The notes below the pieces were generated by a model, which was given only the letters and a program-made list of their open reading frames with translations, was not told the DNA's origin and did no database searches. A stretch of DNA of 64,000 nucleotides, from NCBI GenBank assembly GCA_050273025.1, contig CP158636.1, positions 9,858,001 to 9,922,000 of the forward strand, in the 5' to 3' direction. The translations under genes were made by a program, and so were the position numbers. Source of the stretch: Cenococcum geophilum. Taxonomy: Eukaryota. Positions 1 to 14,000 of this stretch are shown piece by piece; position 1 is the stretch's first letter, and each line of letters opens with the position of its first letter.

Positions 1-459
1 TGGATAATCTCCCACCCCTATTCCGCGTGTTCTAAGAGGACACGCGTTAAATACCCCTAGCTACGCATTGTTGACGCATTAAGTCGCTATTATTAATACT
101 AGGAGCCGGTATTTAAGCAGCTAGAAGGTCTCCTGTGGATAAGGATAACTGCCTAGGAAGGCAATAATATCTTACCCCTCTAACCTTTTTAACTAAGATA
201 GAGTTGTATAAGCTACAGAGATAACCTTAGTTAAGACTTAGCCTAGTGCTATAAGGAATAAAGGTACTAATCCCGTAGTATTGGCCAAGACAAGCCGAGA
301 CATAACCCGCGCTATACTATTAGGCGGTAAGTATATATTGTCCGTAAAGTCCTCTAGAATAAATCCTACCCGTTATCCTCTGGCTACTATACTGCGATAA
401 CCACCCCAATTAATACTAAGCCGTATAAGGAGAGACGAAATTGATTAGGAAAGACTTAA

Positions 460-3280
460 CGCTTACACTATACTGCTACCCTAAACCCCTAAAACCCGAT
501 TACCGACTATGCCGATATGCCTACAGTCTAATTAACTAAATAATCGCGCCAATACGCCTGCAATCTAAATGCGATTTAAATGCGGCCTAAATGTAATTTA
601 AAAGCAAACCTAATAACCTGTTACGCTAATATGCCTATAACATAACTCTCTAACCTGTCTATAAACGCCTTATAGACGCCCATTAAGTTCTTATTAACAA
701 CCACCATATCTAATTAACTCGAACATTACTATTAACTTAGATAGTCCCTTAATCTTACGGCCGAATACATTTATATCCTACATATAGGGGTACTAGGAAC
801 CTAGGGAAGAATTTAAGTAATTTATAGCACTCTTAATTAGGAGAATAGATTAGGAGAATTATTCCAATTTATAGCACTCTCTAACAGCTCTATAGATAAG
901 CCTATTTTATCTCTACAACCTCTTATAAACTATTAACGCGTTTCTCTTAATAACCTTTTATACAACCTTCTATAAATAAGATAGCTTGCCATTATAAAAG
1001 CATATCTTGCTATTTATCAACTACTCTTAAATTAGCCTTTATAACGGCTAACCTTTAACCCTATAACCCCCTATAAAATATTAATACGTACCCTCTTAAT
1101 ACTATTTATTAACTACCCTTAAAACTGCCTACTACTTAACGGTAGTTCTCTTTAAATAATAAGCTACGAATCTGCTATCTAATAGTATCTCTTCTTTCTT
1201 TAAATACTATTATAGCTTACCCTCGTACGACTATAATAAGAATTAAAATATTGATACGTACCTTCTCGATATATTTTTTAATACCTTTAAATATTAATAA
1301 CGTTTTAAACTACCTACTAATTAATAGTAGACCCTAAGAAACCGACTGAATAATAGCGCTAATACGCCTGCTATTACGACTTTAATAATAACTGTATGAG
1401 TTCGTTAATAATCGACTACCTCCCTTACTAATTTAATTGTTTTCTTCTCCACCTATGGTGATCCTTTTTAACTAACACTAAGCTACGCATACTAAGGAAT
1501 GACTATAGCTAATACTGAGTTATATAAGCTTTACCTTAAGTATTTATATACTTTAATAATGAGGTTAATATTAAGCTGTATAAGCTTTAATAACGAAATC
1601 GATTTAGACGAACTAGACCAATAATAGCGCTAATATGCCTGCTATCTTAACCTAATAATAACTGTGCTGCTCCTATAGTCTAACCAATAGACTAATTGCG
1701 CTGTTACGCCTATGATCTAAATGCGATTTAAACGCGATCTAAACGTAATTTAAATATAAACCGACTAACTAATTGTGCTATTATGCCTATAATCTACCGA
1801 CCAAATGACCGCGCTAGTATGCCTATAATTAATCGACCAATGATAGCGCCGATATGCCTGCTATCGCGAACAATAACGATCGCGTTAATGCACCTGCGAT
1901 TTACTAGCTAACTGATAGATTAAGCTCCGGACGTTTAACCTACTATTACTACCTGACGCTTGCACCGTACTGCTATTATAATACTATTGCTGCTCTGCCT
2001 ACAGCCGATTAACCCTCGCTGCTTTATTAGCAGCCGACTACCCTTACTGCTCTGCCTATAGCTAATTAACCACTTACTGCTCTGCCCGCAGCTAACCGAC
2101 TTCTACTGCCCCGCTTGTAGTAACAACTGTATATAAGGTAGATCTTTGCCCCTTATACAACCCTACCGCTTATACCGTACTGCTACCCTAAATAGACAAC
2201 GGCTGTGCCAATACGCCTACTGTCTACTATCTAACGCTGGCACCACACTGCCACCCGACCTCTGCGATATACCTCTCGCAGTTAAACTAATACCTTACTA
2301 CCCTACTGCAGCATTATAATCGACTTTTGCTGCTTTACCTGCAGCTAAACCCATACTTGCTGCTCTGCCTGCAGCTATATAAATAAACCCTAGCTGCTCT
2401 ACCTGTAGCTGATCCTGATTTAACTATCGCTGCTCTACCTGTAGCACTACTACCAACTTCTACTACTCCGCCTATAGTAACAACTGTACATAAGGGAGAG
2501 CTTTGTCCCTTGGGATATGACCCCGCCGCTAGCACCGTACTGCTACCTGAATTAATAAGCTCCGCGCCGATATGCCTGTGGATCTACGACCTATTAATAG
2601 ACGAGCTCTATGCTTAACCTACTATTACTACCTAACGCTGGCACCGTACTGCTATAAGAACCGATACTTTGCTGCTCTGCCTGTAGCTAACTAACTAAAT
2701 AATTGCGCTAATATGCCTGCAATTTACTAACTAACTAATAGACTAAGCTTTATATTCGACCACTATTATAACCTAATGCTTGCACCGTACTGCTACCCAA
2801 ATCTGATAAGTACTTGTGCCGATATGCCTGCGAGCCGAACTATAAACCAGATAATAATAGCGCCGATATGCCTGCTATTCCAATAGACCCTTACTGCTCT
2901 ACCTGCAGCTAACTAACCCTTACTACTTTATTAGTAGCTAACCAACCCTTACTACTCTACCTACAGCCAACCGACTTTTACTGCTCCGCCTATAGTAACA
3001 CCTATATATAAGGTAGAGCTTTACTCCCTAAAATACGGCCTATTACTAGCACCGTACTACTATAATCCCGACAAGTTACCGTGCTAATATGCTTGCGGAA
3101 CTATACCCTAATAACCTATCGCGCTAATACACTTGCGACCTAAATAGGACTAGGTAGAGCTTTGCTCCCTAGAATACGACCCTATTACTAGCATTATACT
3201 GCCACCTAAACGACCTATTGCTAGTACTATACTGCTGCCGAATAGACAAGAACTCGTGCCGATATGCATACGAGTAACTC
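460..3280 (+). repeat. Complex modular repeat array inside G1
   Basis: Recurrent motifs GCGCCGATATGCCTGC (about 15 degenerate copies), GCACCGTACTGCTACC (about 10), CTGCTCTGCCTGCAGC and (ATCTAAATGCG)-like units, with variable spacers. Confidence 0.8.
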
Positions 3281-3682
3281 CCTAACCCTCCTACCCTTAT
3301 TAAACCTTTACGCCTACTTTTTTAAGAGGGGGACTAGGGGGGCTTTTTTTATAGCTTGGGGCGCGCTATAATAAAAAGGGGGATAGTAGAGCTAGGAGGT
3401 ACCGGAGTTTTAGGAGGAGGGAGGAGGAATAATAACTAATGGAGGGCTCCTAGCGATATACCCCTCGCAGCAGCAGGAGCTGCAGGACGGCTGCCTGCCC
3501 TATATTAACTAGGTATAGTGATATACCCCCGCAGCAGTAGGAGCTGCAAGACTGCTGTAAGTCCTATATTAACTGGCATCGCGATTAAGCGCTAGATGCT
3601 AGATTATTTTTTTCTTTTTTTTCTTTTTCTTTTCTATAAGGGGGCAAAGCCTAAGGGCAGGCTTTCTTAAAGGAGGGGGTGA

Positions 3683-3845
3683 TATTACGGCACCGTTACA
3701 GACCCTAGTTAGGGGCTTGCTTGGAGACTTGGCGCCTGTATATAGACGTGTCCTTTCCTTAACCTTCTCTGCTCCTTAGCTTAGTATCTTTGTAATACAG
3801 CATTCTATAAGCTTCGGTTTAGAGGCATTTGTACGAGCTGTAATA
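3683..3845 (+). repeat. 3' LTR of G1 (163 bp)
   Basis: Follows the PPT and has imperfect terminal inverted ends; the partner LTR is not in the window. Confidence 0.7.
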
Positions 3846-6800
3846 GCTATCTATAAAGCTAAATAAGCTCGCTTAATAAGCCTAACGGACTAATACGCCT
3901 TAACTAGAACGGCTTTTATTAATATAGCTATAGCTATAGCATACTGCTAGAATTCCTTACTAGTAAAGTTCCTACTAGCGTTATAGGTAATATACTTAGG
4001 AGGTCTAAGGTATATATTAATCTAGTAGGTCCGTAAAATGTCCTAAGTATGTTTTATAGATATATTTTGCAACTAACGGGCGGCTTAATAGCGGGTTGCC
4101 TTGTTAATTATATATAATACTAGACTGCCGTTAATATACATAATTTCTACGTATACTAAGTAGTTAAAGTTAAGGTCCTTATAAAGGGTAAACTTAAATC
4201 TGCCTAGGGAACGTCCGTATTTCTAGTAAAAAGAGTAGTATTTAGTTAGGTAGTTAATTGCCTTCCTATTAACATCGTTATGTCTAGAGCGTTTAAGGAC
4301 TCTATACAGCTTTTCGGCTAATGGGTAGCCGAAACGGCGGTATAGGCGGTGGATTTCTGTACTAGTAAGGTAGTATAGGTTATAGTCGAAAGATTTCTAA
4401 ATATAGGTTTGTAAAGTCTCTCCCTATATAAGGAACGGGTGTCTAAATTATCGTGTAATTAGCAGGGTAATATTCTTACTTCTTAGGGCAGTTATAGGGC
4501 CGATTAGGGTATCTGTAACATTGTTATAGTAAACCTATAGTCTATCTATGTCTATAAGGCAGAGTAGGAAAGGGGTATCCGCTTTTACTATATGGAAGTT
4601 AACTAGGCTAATTAAAGTCTTAACTTTAACTAATCTAATTAATGCGGTTAAACTAATGCCGAATTAGATGTTTACGGCCCCAGTTTATATAGTATTAATG
4701 TCCGTATTATTATTTACGGTGGTCTTATATATAAGGTATTATCCGTAACCTATAGTAGACTTCTTAGAGGCACCTATATCGATTATAACGCCATAGAATT
4801 CTTTAGGGGTGTAGCGTTTTGTAGTAATATATGCAAATAGGTCCTATTTAGGGTCCGTAATGTCCGTAATAGGTCTAATAGGTATACTTATAGGCTAGTT
4901 TTTAGGTGCAATTAAGTGTGTAAAGGAGCGGTCGGCTAATACGGTCGTAATATTAAAGGCTTAGCTGTCCGTAAAAGGTCTAAAAGTAGTTAAGAACGTC
5001 TCTAAGGTCTCCTGTTCCTAAGTATCTAAGTTAAAATTAATTATAAGGGCTTCCGTTAACTCGTTAAGAGACTTTTCTACTTCCTTTCCTTTATAGTCTA
5101 AGATAAACTGGTTAATCCGTCTATTAAATCTCTTCTTAAACTTGTCGCGTTCTTCCTAGGTATGCCTTATAGACTAACATCCTTCCTTACCGCATATAAA
5201 GTACTTCTGGCTAGTTCGTTTATAGGGGTATACTTTTATACGGGAGTTGCTATAGGGGTTACGGGTAGGACTTAGTTAGTATAGGTACTGCCAGCGGTAG
5301 CGGCGGTCTGTAAAGTAGGCGTTTAAGTTAGTTTATGGGTTTTGCAGGTCTATAACGAAGGCTTAAGTACTATCTAGTAGGTTTAAGACTTTATACGTTA
5401 TAATAAAGGACCGTAAATCGTTAATAAGGCCAGCTATAGTGTCTGCGGGCTTATAATAGGCGTATTTATAAGGTTTTACTTTTTAGTAAGCTGTAATAAG
5501 CTTGTTATATAGGAAGTCGTCCATTTAAAGCTTAATATTAAGGCCGTGCTATAGGTGCCGGAGGTCTTTAATAAGAATTTGCAGGCACTCTATAGTCGAC
5601 TTTTTGGTATTCTTGTTAATTACAGTCCGTAACTTAATCGCATTTTATTAGGTAAGGATATTACGCCTATATTCCGGCCCTTTAAAGTAGTTACATATAG
5701 CTTTATATAGCTTATTAAAGGAGATACTAAGGGGGTTGCTCTTAAGGTTAGTGTAGTAGTAGTTAAGGGCTAGGCCACGCAGTATGGTAGAGTAGGCTTG
5801 GCTAAATTCCTATTTAGGAATATTAGCCTTTTAATAAAGGTCTGTAAAGATGGTTAGTTTAAAGTTAAAGTTATTATTTTTACCGCTATACTTAGATTTG
5901 TTGGTATAGAGCTTAGCTAAGTTAGCTAGCTCCTTACCGTAGGTCTTTACTTAAGTAGGTTATAGATCTGTGACTTAGGCAGGTTGCGGATCTATAGCTT
6001 AGGCAATAGGAGGGTTTTAGTCCATATTTTAGTTTACGGGGGTATTATAGTCCGTAATTTGGGTTATAGGGGTATTATAATCCGTAACTTAAGTACTAGG
6101 TGTACTTTGGCCAGTAAAATTAATTCTAAAACTGCTTAGGTTTATAGGACGAATTTGGTTAAGTAGGTTAGGTATAAGGTTAGTAATCCTATTAAGTTTA
6201 GAGGAAGTAAAGAGTTCTTTAGTGGCTTTAACCTAGTCTAGGATTTCCTCTTTAGTCCACTCTATTTGGTCCTCTTTATATAATATATTATATAGAGACT
6301 ATATAATAGTAACCCGCTTATCTTTTTTAACCCATACACCTTAATTATGGAGGAAGGTTTGTAGGTTGCGGATAGTTATAAGTTTATAGGTTTTAAAAAT
6401 GGCTTCCGTAAAGTCCGTAAAGTCTTCTTTATACTATTCCTATATATCGTCATTTGTAAAATTATAATATCTGTATTTAAGGATTTTAAATTTAATATAG
6501 TTATTAACGTCATTTGCGGACGTAAGGTTAACTCCCTAGCTCTACTTCTTTTGGCCTTCGCTAACTTGCTTGCTTATATCTACCATACTATATAGTGTAG
6601 TATAGTACGTAGTAAGTAGTAGGGGTCTTATAGGGTCCGTAAAGGCGGTTAGTGGGTCTATGGTAGTTTATAGAAGGGTAAGGATGTCCGTAACGGGTCT
6701 TAATAGGTCTATAGTAGTTCGCGGAGGGGTAGGAGGTCTCCGTAACGGTCCGTAAAGGTAATTAACGGGTCCGTAACGGTTTGTAAAAGGGTAGGGGGTC

Positions 6801-7359
6801 TCTATAAGGGGTCTAAAAAGACGTCGGAGGTATTAAAAGAGGGTGTAGTAGGAATAGGGGTTTGAGGTTTAGGGGTAGGGGGTTCCGTACAGGTCTATAT
6901 TCGCGTCTATTATACTTTTAGTAAACCGTACTAAGACTTAAATAAGTATATAGAGTTAGTAATAGGTCCGTAATCCCCAACTTCCGACCTTCTAGTAGGT
7001 TGTACTAGGATTAAACGGGTAGTCGCTATTAAGTATCGCTTGGGGGAGGTATTAAGTAATTACTAATCTGTACGCGCTCACTAATTAGTGTTTGTACCAA
7101 CTTAATAATATAAGTGAGTTATATCCCGGGGCACGAAATATGTATAGTATTATATGCTCTTTAGGATGGTGGTGACTATCGATTGTATAAAGCAGACTAC
7201 GTGGTCTATATACTGATGCGCCTCCCCCCTAATTAGTTAGTGCTTTATAAGTGCACTAGACGCGTAAGCGAGTGGTTAGTGCACTAAACGCGTAAACGCG
7301 TACCTGGCGTACCGAACGCGTAGGTACGCGGTCGGTATAATAGGTACTATAATTATACA
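3846..7359 (-). mobile_element. 5' half of GalEa-type Copia LTR retrotransposon (C1'), same family as C1 (40239-46594); RIP-inactivated gag, protease and N-terminal integrase
   Basis: The reverse complement aligns by eye with C1 (e.g. 3846-3895 vs 43561-43610). The LTR at 7089-7359 is followed on the minus strand by CTAATTAGTG. Truncated at 3846 by G1. Confidence 0.92.
7089..7359 (-). repeat. 5' LTR of Copia C1'
   Basis: TG...CA ends; homologous to LTRs 40239-40506 and 46327-46594. Confidence 0.92.
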
Positions 7360-7807
7360 TATACCTACTTTATAAATTATACTTAGTTGCTATAAAGTAT
7401 TTTATCTTTAGTTAATTTAAAAAACAAATTATCCTAGGGCTAAGTTATACCTTAAAATAAGAAGTAAAAGAGTATAAGTATTTAGGCTTTTTTAGCGCTA
7501 ATATATAATATAACTCCCTTAATATACTTAGCGAAATTTAAATACTTAGAAATAGAAGAAAGTATAAATCCTTATAAATAGCGGAGCTATTAATATAGGC
7601 TTTATTAATATAAACTACGCAAAAACTTAACGCTTAAATTTAAAGAAACTTAATAAGCCTTAAGGCCTATAAGGCTTTAATAGTAAGCCCTTAATATATA
7701 GTAAACTAATATACTATACTCTTATAAAAATATAGATAGATAAATACCTTAAATATATTTCCCTATTTATAATACCCTTAAAGTATTATAAGGTAATACT
7801 TAGATAT

Positions 7808-8439
7808 CCCTTGAAACGGCAGGGTCCTTAGAGGAAGTGGTCTGTGCGCGAACACCAGAATCAAAACAACGCGTATATCTATATAGAATTTAATCATGAA
7901 TTATACCACCACCATGCCTTCTAATTATACTAGAATTGATGCGGACCTTATTCAGAAGACTCAATATAACGTTCCTCCAAATCGAATTATAAAAAAACCC
8001 TGCCCTAAGCCCTGGCCGTTGCCCAAATTCGAACCTCCCCATATTGACGATTAGGACGACCATAGCTCACCAAACCTACCCTCCAACGTTAATACACGCG
8101 ATCCTTTTAAGTTATTTAGTCTGTTCTTTGCAGATAAGATTATAGATAAGCTTGTAGAGTGGATAAATAAGCATAAGGAGTTGTACCCGCCAGATAAAGG
8201 AAAAGGAACACCTATGTGCATGGTAGCCAACATGAAAGCAAGAACTCTGGGCGTACTTTGCAGTGCTAATTCATGTGGGTGTTACTATAGAATCGTGCAT
8301 TGAGGACTACTGGAAGAGTTTGGATACATTAGCTATGAAATCAAAAGCTTCGTATTTCTGAGAACGGCTGCTCGATTTAGCTGATTTGATTAGTGGGCTC
8401 TTATCGATACCGTAAGGCCCAATTTTGCCGTGTTAAGGG
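7808..8439 (+). mobile_element. Internally deleted (non-autonomous) piggyBac-like DNA transposon, 632 bp
   Basis: TIRs CCCTTGAAACGGCA / TGCCGTGTTAAGGG flanked by AT; transposase N-terminal fragment; inserted in the G2 protease region. Confidence 0.88.
7914..8329 (+). pseudogene. piggyBac transposase N-terminal fragment (DDE_Tnp_1_7-like), with stops and a frameshift
   Basis: Translates to MPSNYTRI...DPFKLFSLFFADKIIDKLVEWINK... then, after a frameshift, AW*PT*KQELWAYFAVLIHVGVTIESCIEDYW. Confidence 0.85.
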
Positions 8440-9782
8440 ATAGATAGCTAAAATAATATAACCCTTTAATTAGCTAGGTTAAAAAAATACTAAAATTCTA
8501 TATAACCTACTACTAAAGTTATTACTTAAAATACTACTTACCCTATAAATATATATATAACTATTTAAATTTAATATAATATAAATTACTTTTACTATAA
8601 ACCTTAAACTAATATAATAAAGTTATAACTGCTAATAATAATAAAGAATACAAAGATAATATATTAAAATCCCTTAAAATTTATATAGTATAAGCCGCAC
8701 CCTTTTATTTATTAGTAAGAAAACAAGACTATAAGATCTTTACTATAATACTAAAAGATATTAAGAAGGCGTTAAAACTAAAGCAATATATTAACCCCTA
8801 ACCTCTTATATCTAAAGAATATTATAATCTAATTAATATGTTTAAGAAATAATTTATAAACTAACTACCCCTATATTAAGATAAGTATAATTTTAAAATA
8901 GAACTTAAACCTAGTATAATGCTAAAGTTTAGCCTATTATACGGTATATTATAAAAAAGAGCTACTTATAATATAATAATACCTTAAAGAGCACCTAGAG
9001 AAAGGATTTATTTACCCTAGTTAATTACTATTTACCTTATTTATACTATTTATTAAAAAACCTAAAGGAGGCTTAAGGTTCTATATTAATTATTAAGCCC
9101 TAAATATAATTATAATTTAAAACTAATATCCAATTTTTCTACTTTAAGAAACGCTCAACTATTTAGTAAAAGTATAATACTTTATAAAGCTTAACGTGGT
9201 TACTACTTTTAATTAAATCTGTATTTATAAAGAAGATAAGAAGTATATAGCTTTCTATATATAATAGGGACTTTTTAAATACTTAATAATACCGTTTAGT
9301 ATAAAGAATGGTTTTAATATATTTTAGTAATATATTAATAATACACTTCGTAAATTCCTTAATATATTTATTACCGCGTATATTAATAATATCTTAATCT
9401 ATTTATCTTTACTTTTTAAGCATTAAAAGTACGTCTAAATAGTCCTTAAACGCCTATAAAACGCGGGCTTATAATATGATATTAAGAAATATAAGTTTTA
9501 TATATTTAAAGTTATATACTTAGGCCTAATTATATCCTATAATAGAATTAAAATAGACCTTAAGAAAATCGCTATAATTATAAACTAGGAAAGTCTTAGT
9601 AGTATATAAGATATCTAAGGATTTCTAGGATTCGTAAATTTTTACTATTAATTTATTAATTACTTCTTAAAAATTATTTAGCTATTAGTAAACTTAATAA
9701 GAAAAAATATATAATTTAAATAGACTACTAAATATAAATAAGCTTTTAATAACCTAAAATATTATTTTATAACTACTTTAAT

Positions 9783-9951
9783 TGTCGGTATAACTCTCTT
9801 TATCAACGTGCACGAATATCACTTGTAGTGGTACGTATGCGGTGTTGAAGTTGGTAGTTGATTGTTGTTTAGAAAGGGGTTGCTCCAAGGTCAGATTAGT
9901 TAACCTCGCTTCATGGTCTCGTGACCACGTCACGTGATTAATGTTCCGACA
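9783..9951. mobile_element. Solo LTR (169 bp) of an unidentified family
   Basis: TGTCGG...CCGACA inverted ends; 5-bp TSD TTAAT (9778-9782 / 9952-9956); removal restores the G2 reading frame; CpA/TpG largely retained. Confidence 0.9.
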
Positions 9952-10841
9952 TTAATTCTTATTTACTTTAATCCGAACCTTAAATATATTATTAAAATAG
10001 ACTTACCTAATTATATACTAGAAGAAGTATTATCGCAGTATAATAAAAACGGCGAGCTGTGCCTAGTAGCCTTTCTCTTTTAGAAACTTGCCCCTATTAA
10101 ATTAAACTATAAGATATATAATAAGAAACTACTTATAATTATTAGATGCTTTAAATAATAGCGTCTAAAACTTAAAGAATTATTATTCCTAATACACGTA
10201 TTAACGGATTATAAAAACCTATAATACTTTATAATTATAAAGTAATTAATATAGCGCTAAATTTGTTAGGCCGAATACCTTTTATAATTTAACTTTAAGA
10301 TTATATACTAACCTAGTAAACTTAATTAGAAGCCTAACTTATTAATATAATAATTATAAAACTTACCTATAAACGCTTCTAATAAATAGATTATAAATTA
10401 ATTATAAATTCTACTACCCCTTAAACGCTTTAAGAAACTACACCCTATATTTCTAAATATGGAGCTTAATAGGAATAAATTAGAAATTAATAAGTAGGAT
10501 ATAAAAATTAATAAATTAATAGAGCATAAATATAAGAATAACCCCTAGATAGTAGATATAATAAAAGCAATTTAAATAGGGAAACGGTAATATAAGGATA
10601 TTATACTTGCTAAATGCGAAATCTATAATAATTAGTTATACTATTAATAGAAGATAGTAGGCCTAAATTCCAAACCCTTATAATTTAAGATACTTAAATT
10701 TATATATAATTCCCCTATAGTAGGGTACCCTAGCCGTATAAACACCTATAAGATTATTTAATAAGTATATTACTAACCTATAATATATAACTATATATAA
10801 AAATATATTTAAGTATATAGAATATATATACGTAGGAAGAC

Positions 10842-11054
10842 TGTTAGTTTTATAAGGTGATATTACGTATTTACAAGTTGTAGGTAGTATAATAATTGTT
10901 GTTCTATTAAATAAGGGAGGGCGAGGAGCTTAAGGCTCCTCGCTACGCTACTACCGCAGCGACACGTGATGGCAACTTGCCGTACGTAACGGCAACTTAC
11001 TATACATAATAGCAATTTGCCTTATATGGTGACCACTTACCTTTATTCCTAACA
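10842..11054 (-). repeat. 3' LTR of C2 (213 bp)
   Basis: TG...CA ends; direct repeat of 16590-16822. Confidence 0.93.
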
Positions 11055-14000
11055 CTAGTAACTCTTCTTTTATAGTTGCCATCTATATATATATATATAC
11101 TGCTTAACTAGCGTAACAAATATTAATCCTTTTTACTTACTATTGCCATTATAATATAAGTCTTGCTGTCCCAAAATTTGCCTCTTAGCACGTGGTGCTT
11201 TCTTGCTTAGGAGTTGTAGGTAAATATCTTATTAGAGCCGCTAAGGCGCTAGTAATAAGCGAGCCAATAGCGATTTTCTATCCCGGGGATGGAAAATCCT
11301 AATTGGCTAGTTTGAGTTAGGGTTTATAGAATATTATACTCCTACTCTCTTTTAACCTAACCTTTAACTTATATACGTAGAGTATTTATATTAATAAACG
11401 TCTCTAGTGCCTTATTTAGGTTCGCCTTCGTTATTATATCTACCAAGTTATCTTAGCCATTAATCTATTAAATCTTAAAGAGTTTTTAACGCTTATAGGA
11501 TTGCTAAAGTGCCATAATATTAATTATAAGGCGCTTCTCCTTTATAGTACTAAGCTTAACTAAATACTTATAGAGGGAATATAAGTTAGTATATATAATT
11601 ATAGAGATAGCGGGAAGTTTAAGTTAATCTATAATTATCTTTAAGGTAGTTCTAATTGCAATTACTATATTAACTTTACTAACTATTCCATATATCTCTA
11701 ACGCTAGAACGCTTTAAGTAATACGCTTACTTTTAGTTAAGCTCTAATAGATAAGATTGCCGTAGGTTATAAAGTTATTCTTCCCTATAGATTTATTTGC
11801 AATAATAATCTTATATCCTAACTAGGAGCTAAAGTCTTTATTATTTATAAACGATCTATTAACAAATATAAAGAGCTTAGCAGTAGGAAGATTAATAGGC
11901 ATGTAAAGTAGTCCCCAATTAAGATAGTTTATTTGCTAGGAAAGACGCTTATTTAGGGTAAGAACGTTACCCTTAGTAGGTTCCTAGTATTAAGCAGTAA
12001 TAGAGAGATTAAATAAAGCCTTAGGTTAATAAATAGAAGTAATATAAGCTTCGCAAGCACATTACTCTACATATCCTTACTTTAGAGAATTAACGTTAAT
12101 AATGTTAATCTTTTTATCTTAACCCTTTTAGTGTAAAGCAATAGAATCCTTATTTAGGGAGAGGATATATCTATTAAAGAGTAATAGTGTTATTAAATTA
12201 AGCTTTTCTTTTAGCTTTACTATAAGATTTGCCTTTACTAGCTTATCTTCTTTAAGAGCTAAGAATTAGTTATCTCCTAAGATAATTATATTATTAGTTT
12301 ATATGCTAATAATTCTAAATAGAGTTTTTATAGTTATAATAAGGAAGTAGGGATTAAATATAGATATAGTTATTAAAGGCTTCTCTTTACGGTGCTTACT
12401 ATAGGTAGCCTACTAATAAGTTCCTACCTCTGCGATTCCGTATAATGGCTTAAGTATAACCATAATCGTATCTTTGGGATATTAGTGGCAAATTTACTCT
12501 AAAAGGTGCGCTAATATTAAGCGCTAAAGGTGCGTCTCTAATTAGGTGTAGGCCTAAGTAATATCTTATAAATAGACCGCTATTTTATTCTTTATTAAGG
12601 AGGGAGCTAATGTAATAATAACTCGTTAACTAGCTTATTAAATTATAGAGGATTATATAAGAATTATTTCCTTATTATTGTTGTTATAACCTTAAATAAT
12701 AAGCCTTAATTTTTTAAATAGGGCGTTAGTAGCCTTACCCTTAATCTTATTAACTATCCTTAACTTAAAGATATAAACTTTATTAAACTTAGTAGGGTTA
12801 TACTTCTTAAATTTAAAGACTCCTTTTGTAATAAAACCGTTAATCTCCTACTTATTAAATACTTAAAAAGGAGCTCCTAGAGTTATAATACGACCTTCCT
12901 TTTAAAGCCATTTTACGAGCTTAAAGTTAGCCTTCTCTTTAGCTGTTATAAAGGCTATTAATAACTTAACTCTACTCTTAATAGCGGCAACAAATTATTC
13001 TTTAAAATTAATAAGATATTAGCAATTTTATAATCCCTTTAGGCGACCTTTACCGTGCTATAGTTATAGCATATCTACTATAATTATCTTGGGATTGTAG
13101 TCGCCTTCTAGAGTATATTAATTATAGTTCTCCTCTAGGGCATCTTCTAGGGCATTCTATAAAGGCTTAGATTTATTATCTTTATAATAAGGCTTAATAA
13201 CATTTAAACGGAATTAAGCGGGTCTATAAGGTATCTAAATAGTATAAGTTTAACTATTAATTACAATAAGTTAATATAGGCCTAACTATCCTCCCTTTTT
13301 ACGCTATACGCGTACCTTAGGCTAGAGTGGCAGATTAAGTATAGTTAAGGTATTTAGGCCATTTCTTATTCCTAGTGCGTTATTAACCTAGCGTATAGTG
13401 TAGAGATATTATACCTCCTTTATTGCCTTATAAATAGCCTTAGCTTATTATATAATGGAGGGAAATAGTAAAAAATTATTAGTTATTTAAGGATAGGCGC
13501 TAAAGACTAGTAATATAGGTACGAGTCTATTTAGGCTAGTAAAATTGTTAATAGCTTTAACAGCTATTTATAAGGTAAGTTTTTTACTAGTATTCTTTAG
13601 TTTTAAAGAGATAATCTTATATACGCGGCGTAATAGCGTGTAATATTATTCCACTTTTTTAATATTATTATATGCCTTAACGGGGACTTCCTTAACCTTA
13701 ATTACTATTACCTTTATCTATTATTAGAACTCTATAGATAAGAAGTTCTTTTTTATATTATAGATAATTTAGTTAAGGGGTCCTAAATAGATATTAATCT
13801 AATATAATTAAAGGGTATTCTATATATTTCTAGCTAATATATCTTTTAAAAAAACGCGCGGCTTAAAAGGAGGTTAAGAAGTTAATAATTTAGAGTACTA
13901 GCTTACCGCTAAAATATATAACATTAATAATAATATAGAAGTTAAAGTTATAGTTATCCTTAAGGGTAAACTTAAATCGGCTAAGGGATTTCTGGTTTAT

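Larger units (their letters stand above)
1..3845 (+). mobile_element. 3' portion of an LTR retroelement (G1) inserted into Copia C1'; no pol domains recognised in the visible part; 5' end lies outside the window
   Basis: Polypurine tract AAGGAGGGGG (3670-3679) precedes a TATTACGG...CTGTAATA terminus pair (RIP'd TGTTACGG...CCGTAACA). Sequence from 3846 is the interrupted integrase region of C1'. Confidence 0.7.

Noticed and set aside
460..3280. CRISPR-like repeat/spacer appearance
   Set aside because: Repeats are degenerate, of several types and irregularly spaced, inside a eukaryotic LTR element with no cas genes
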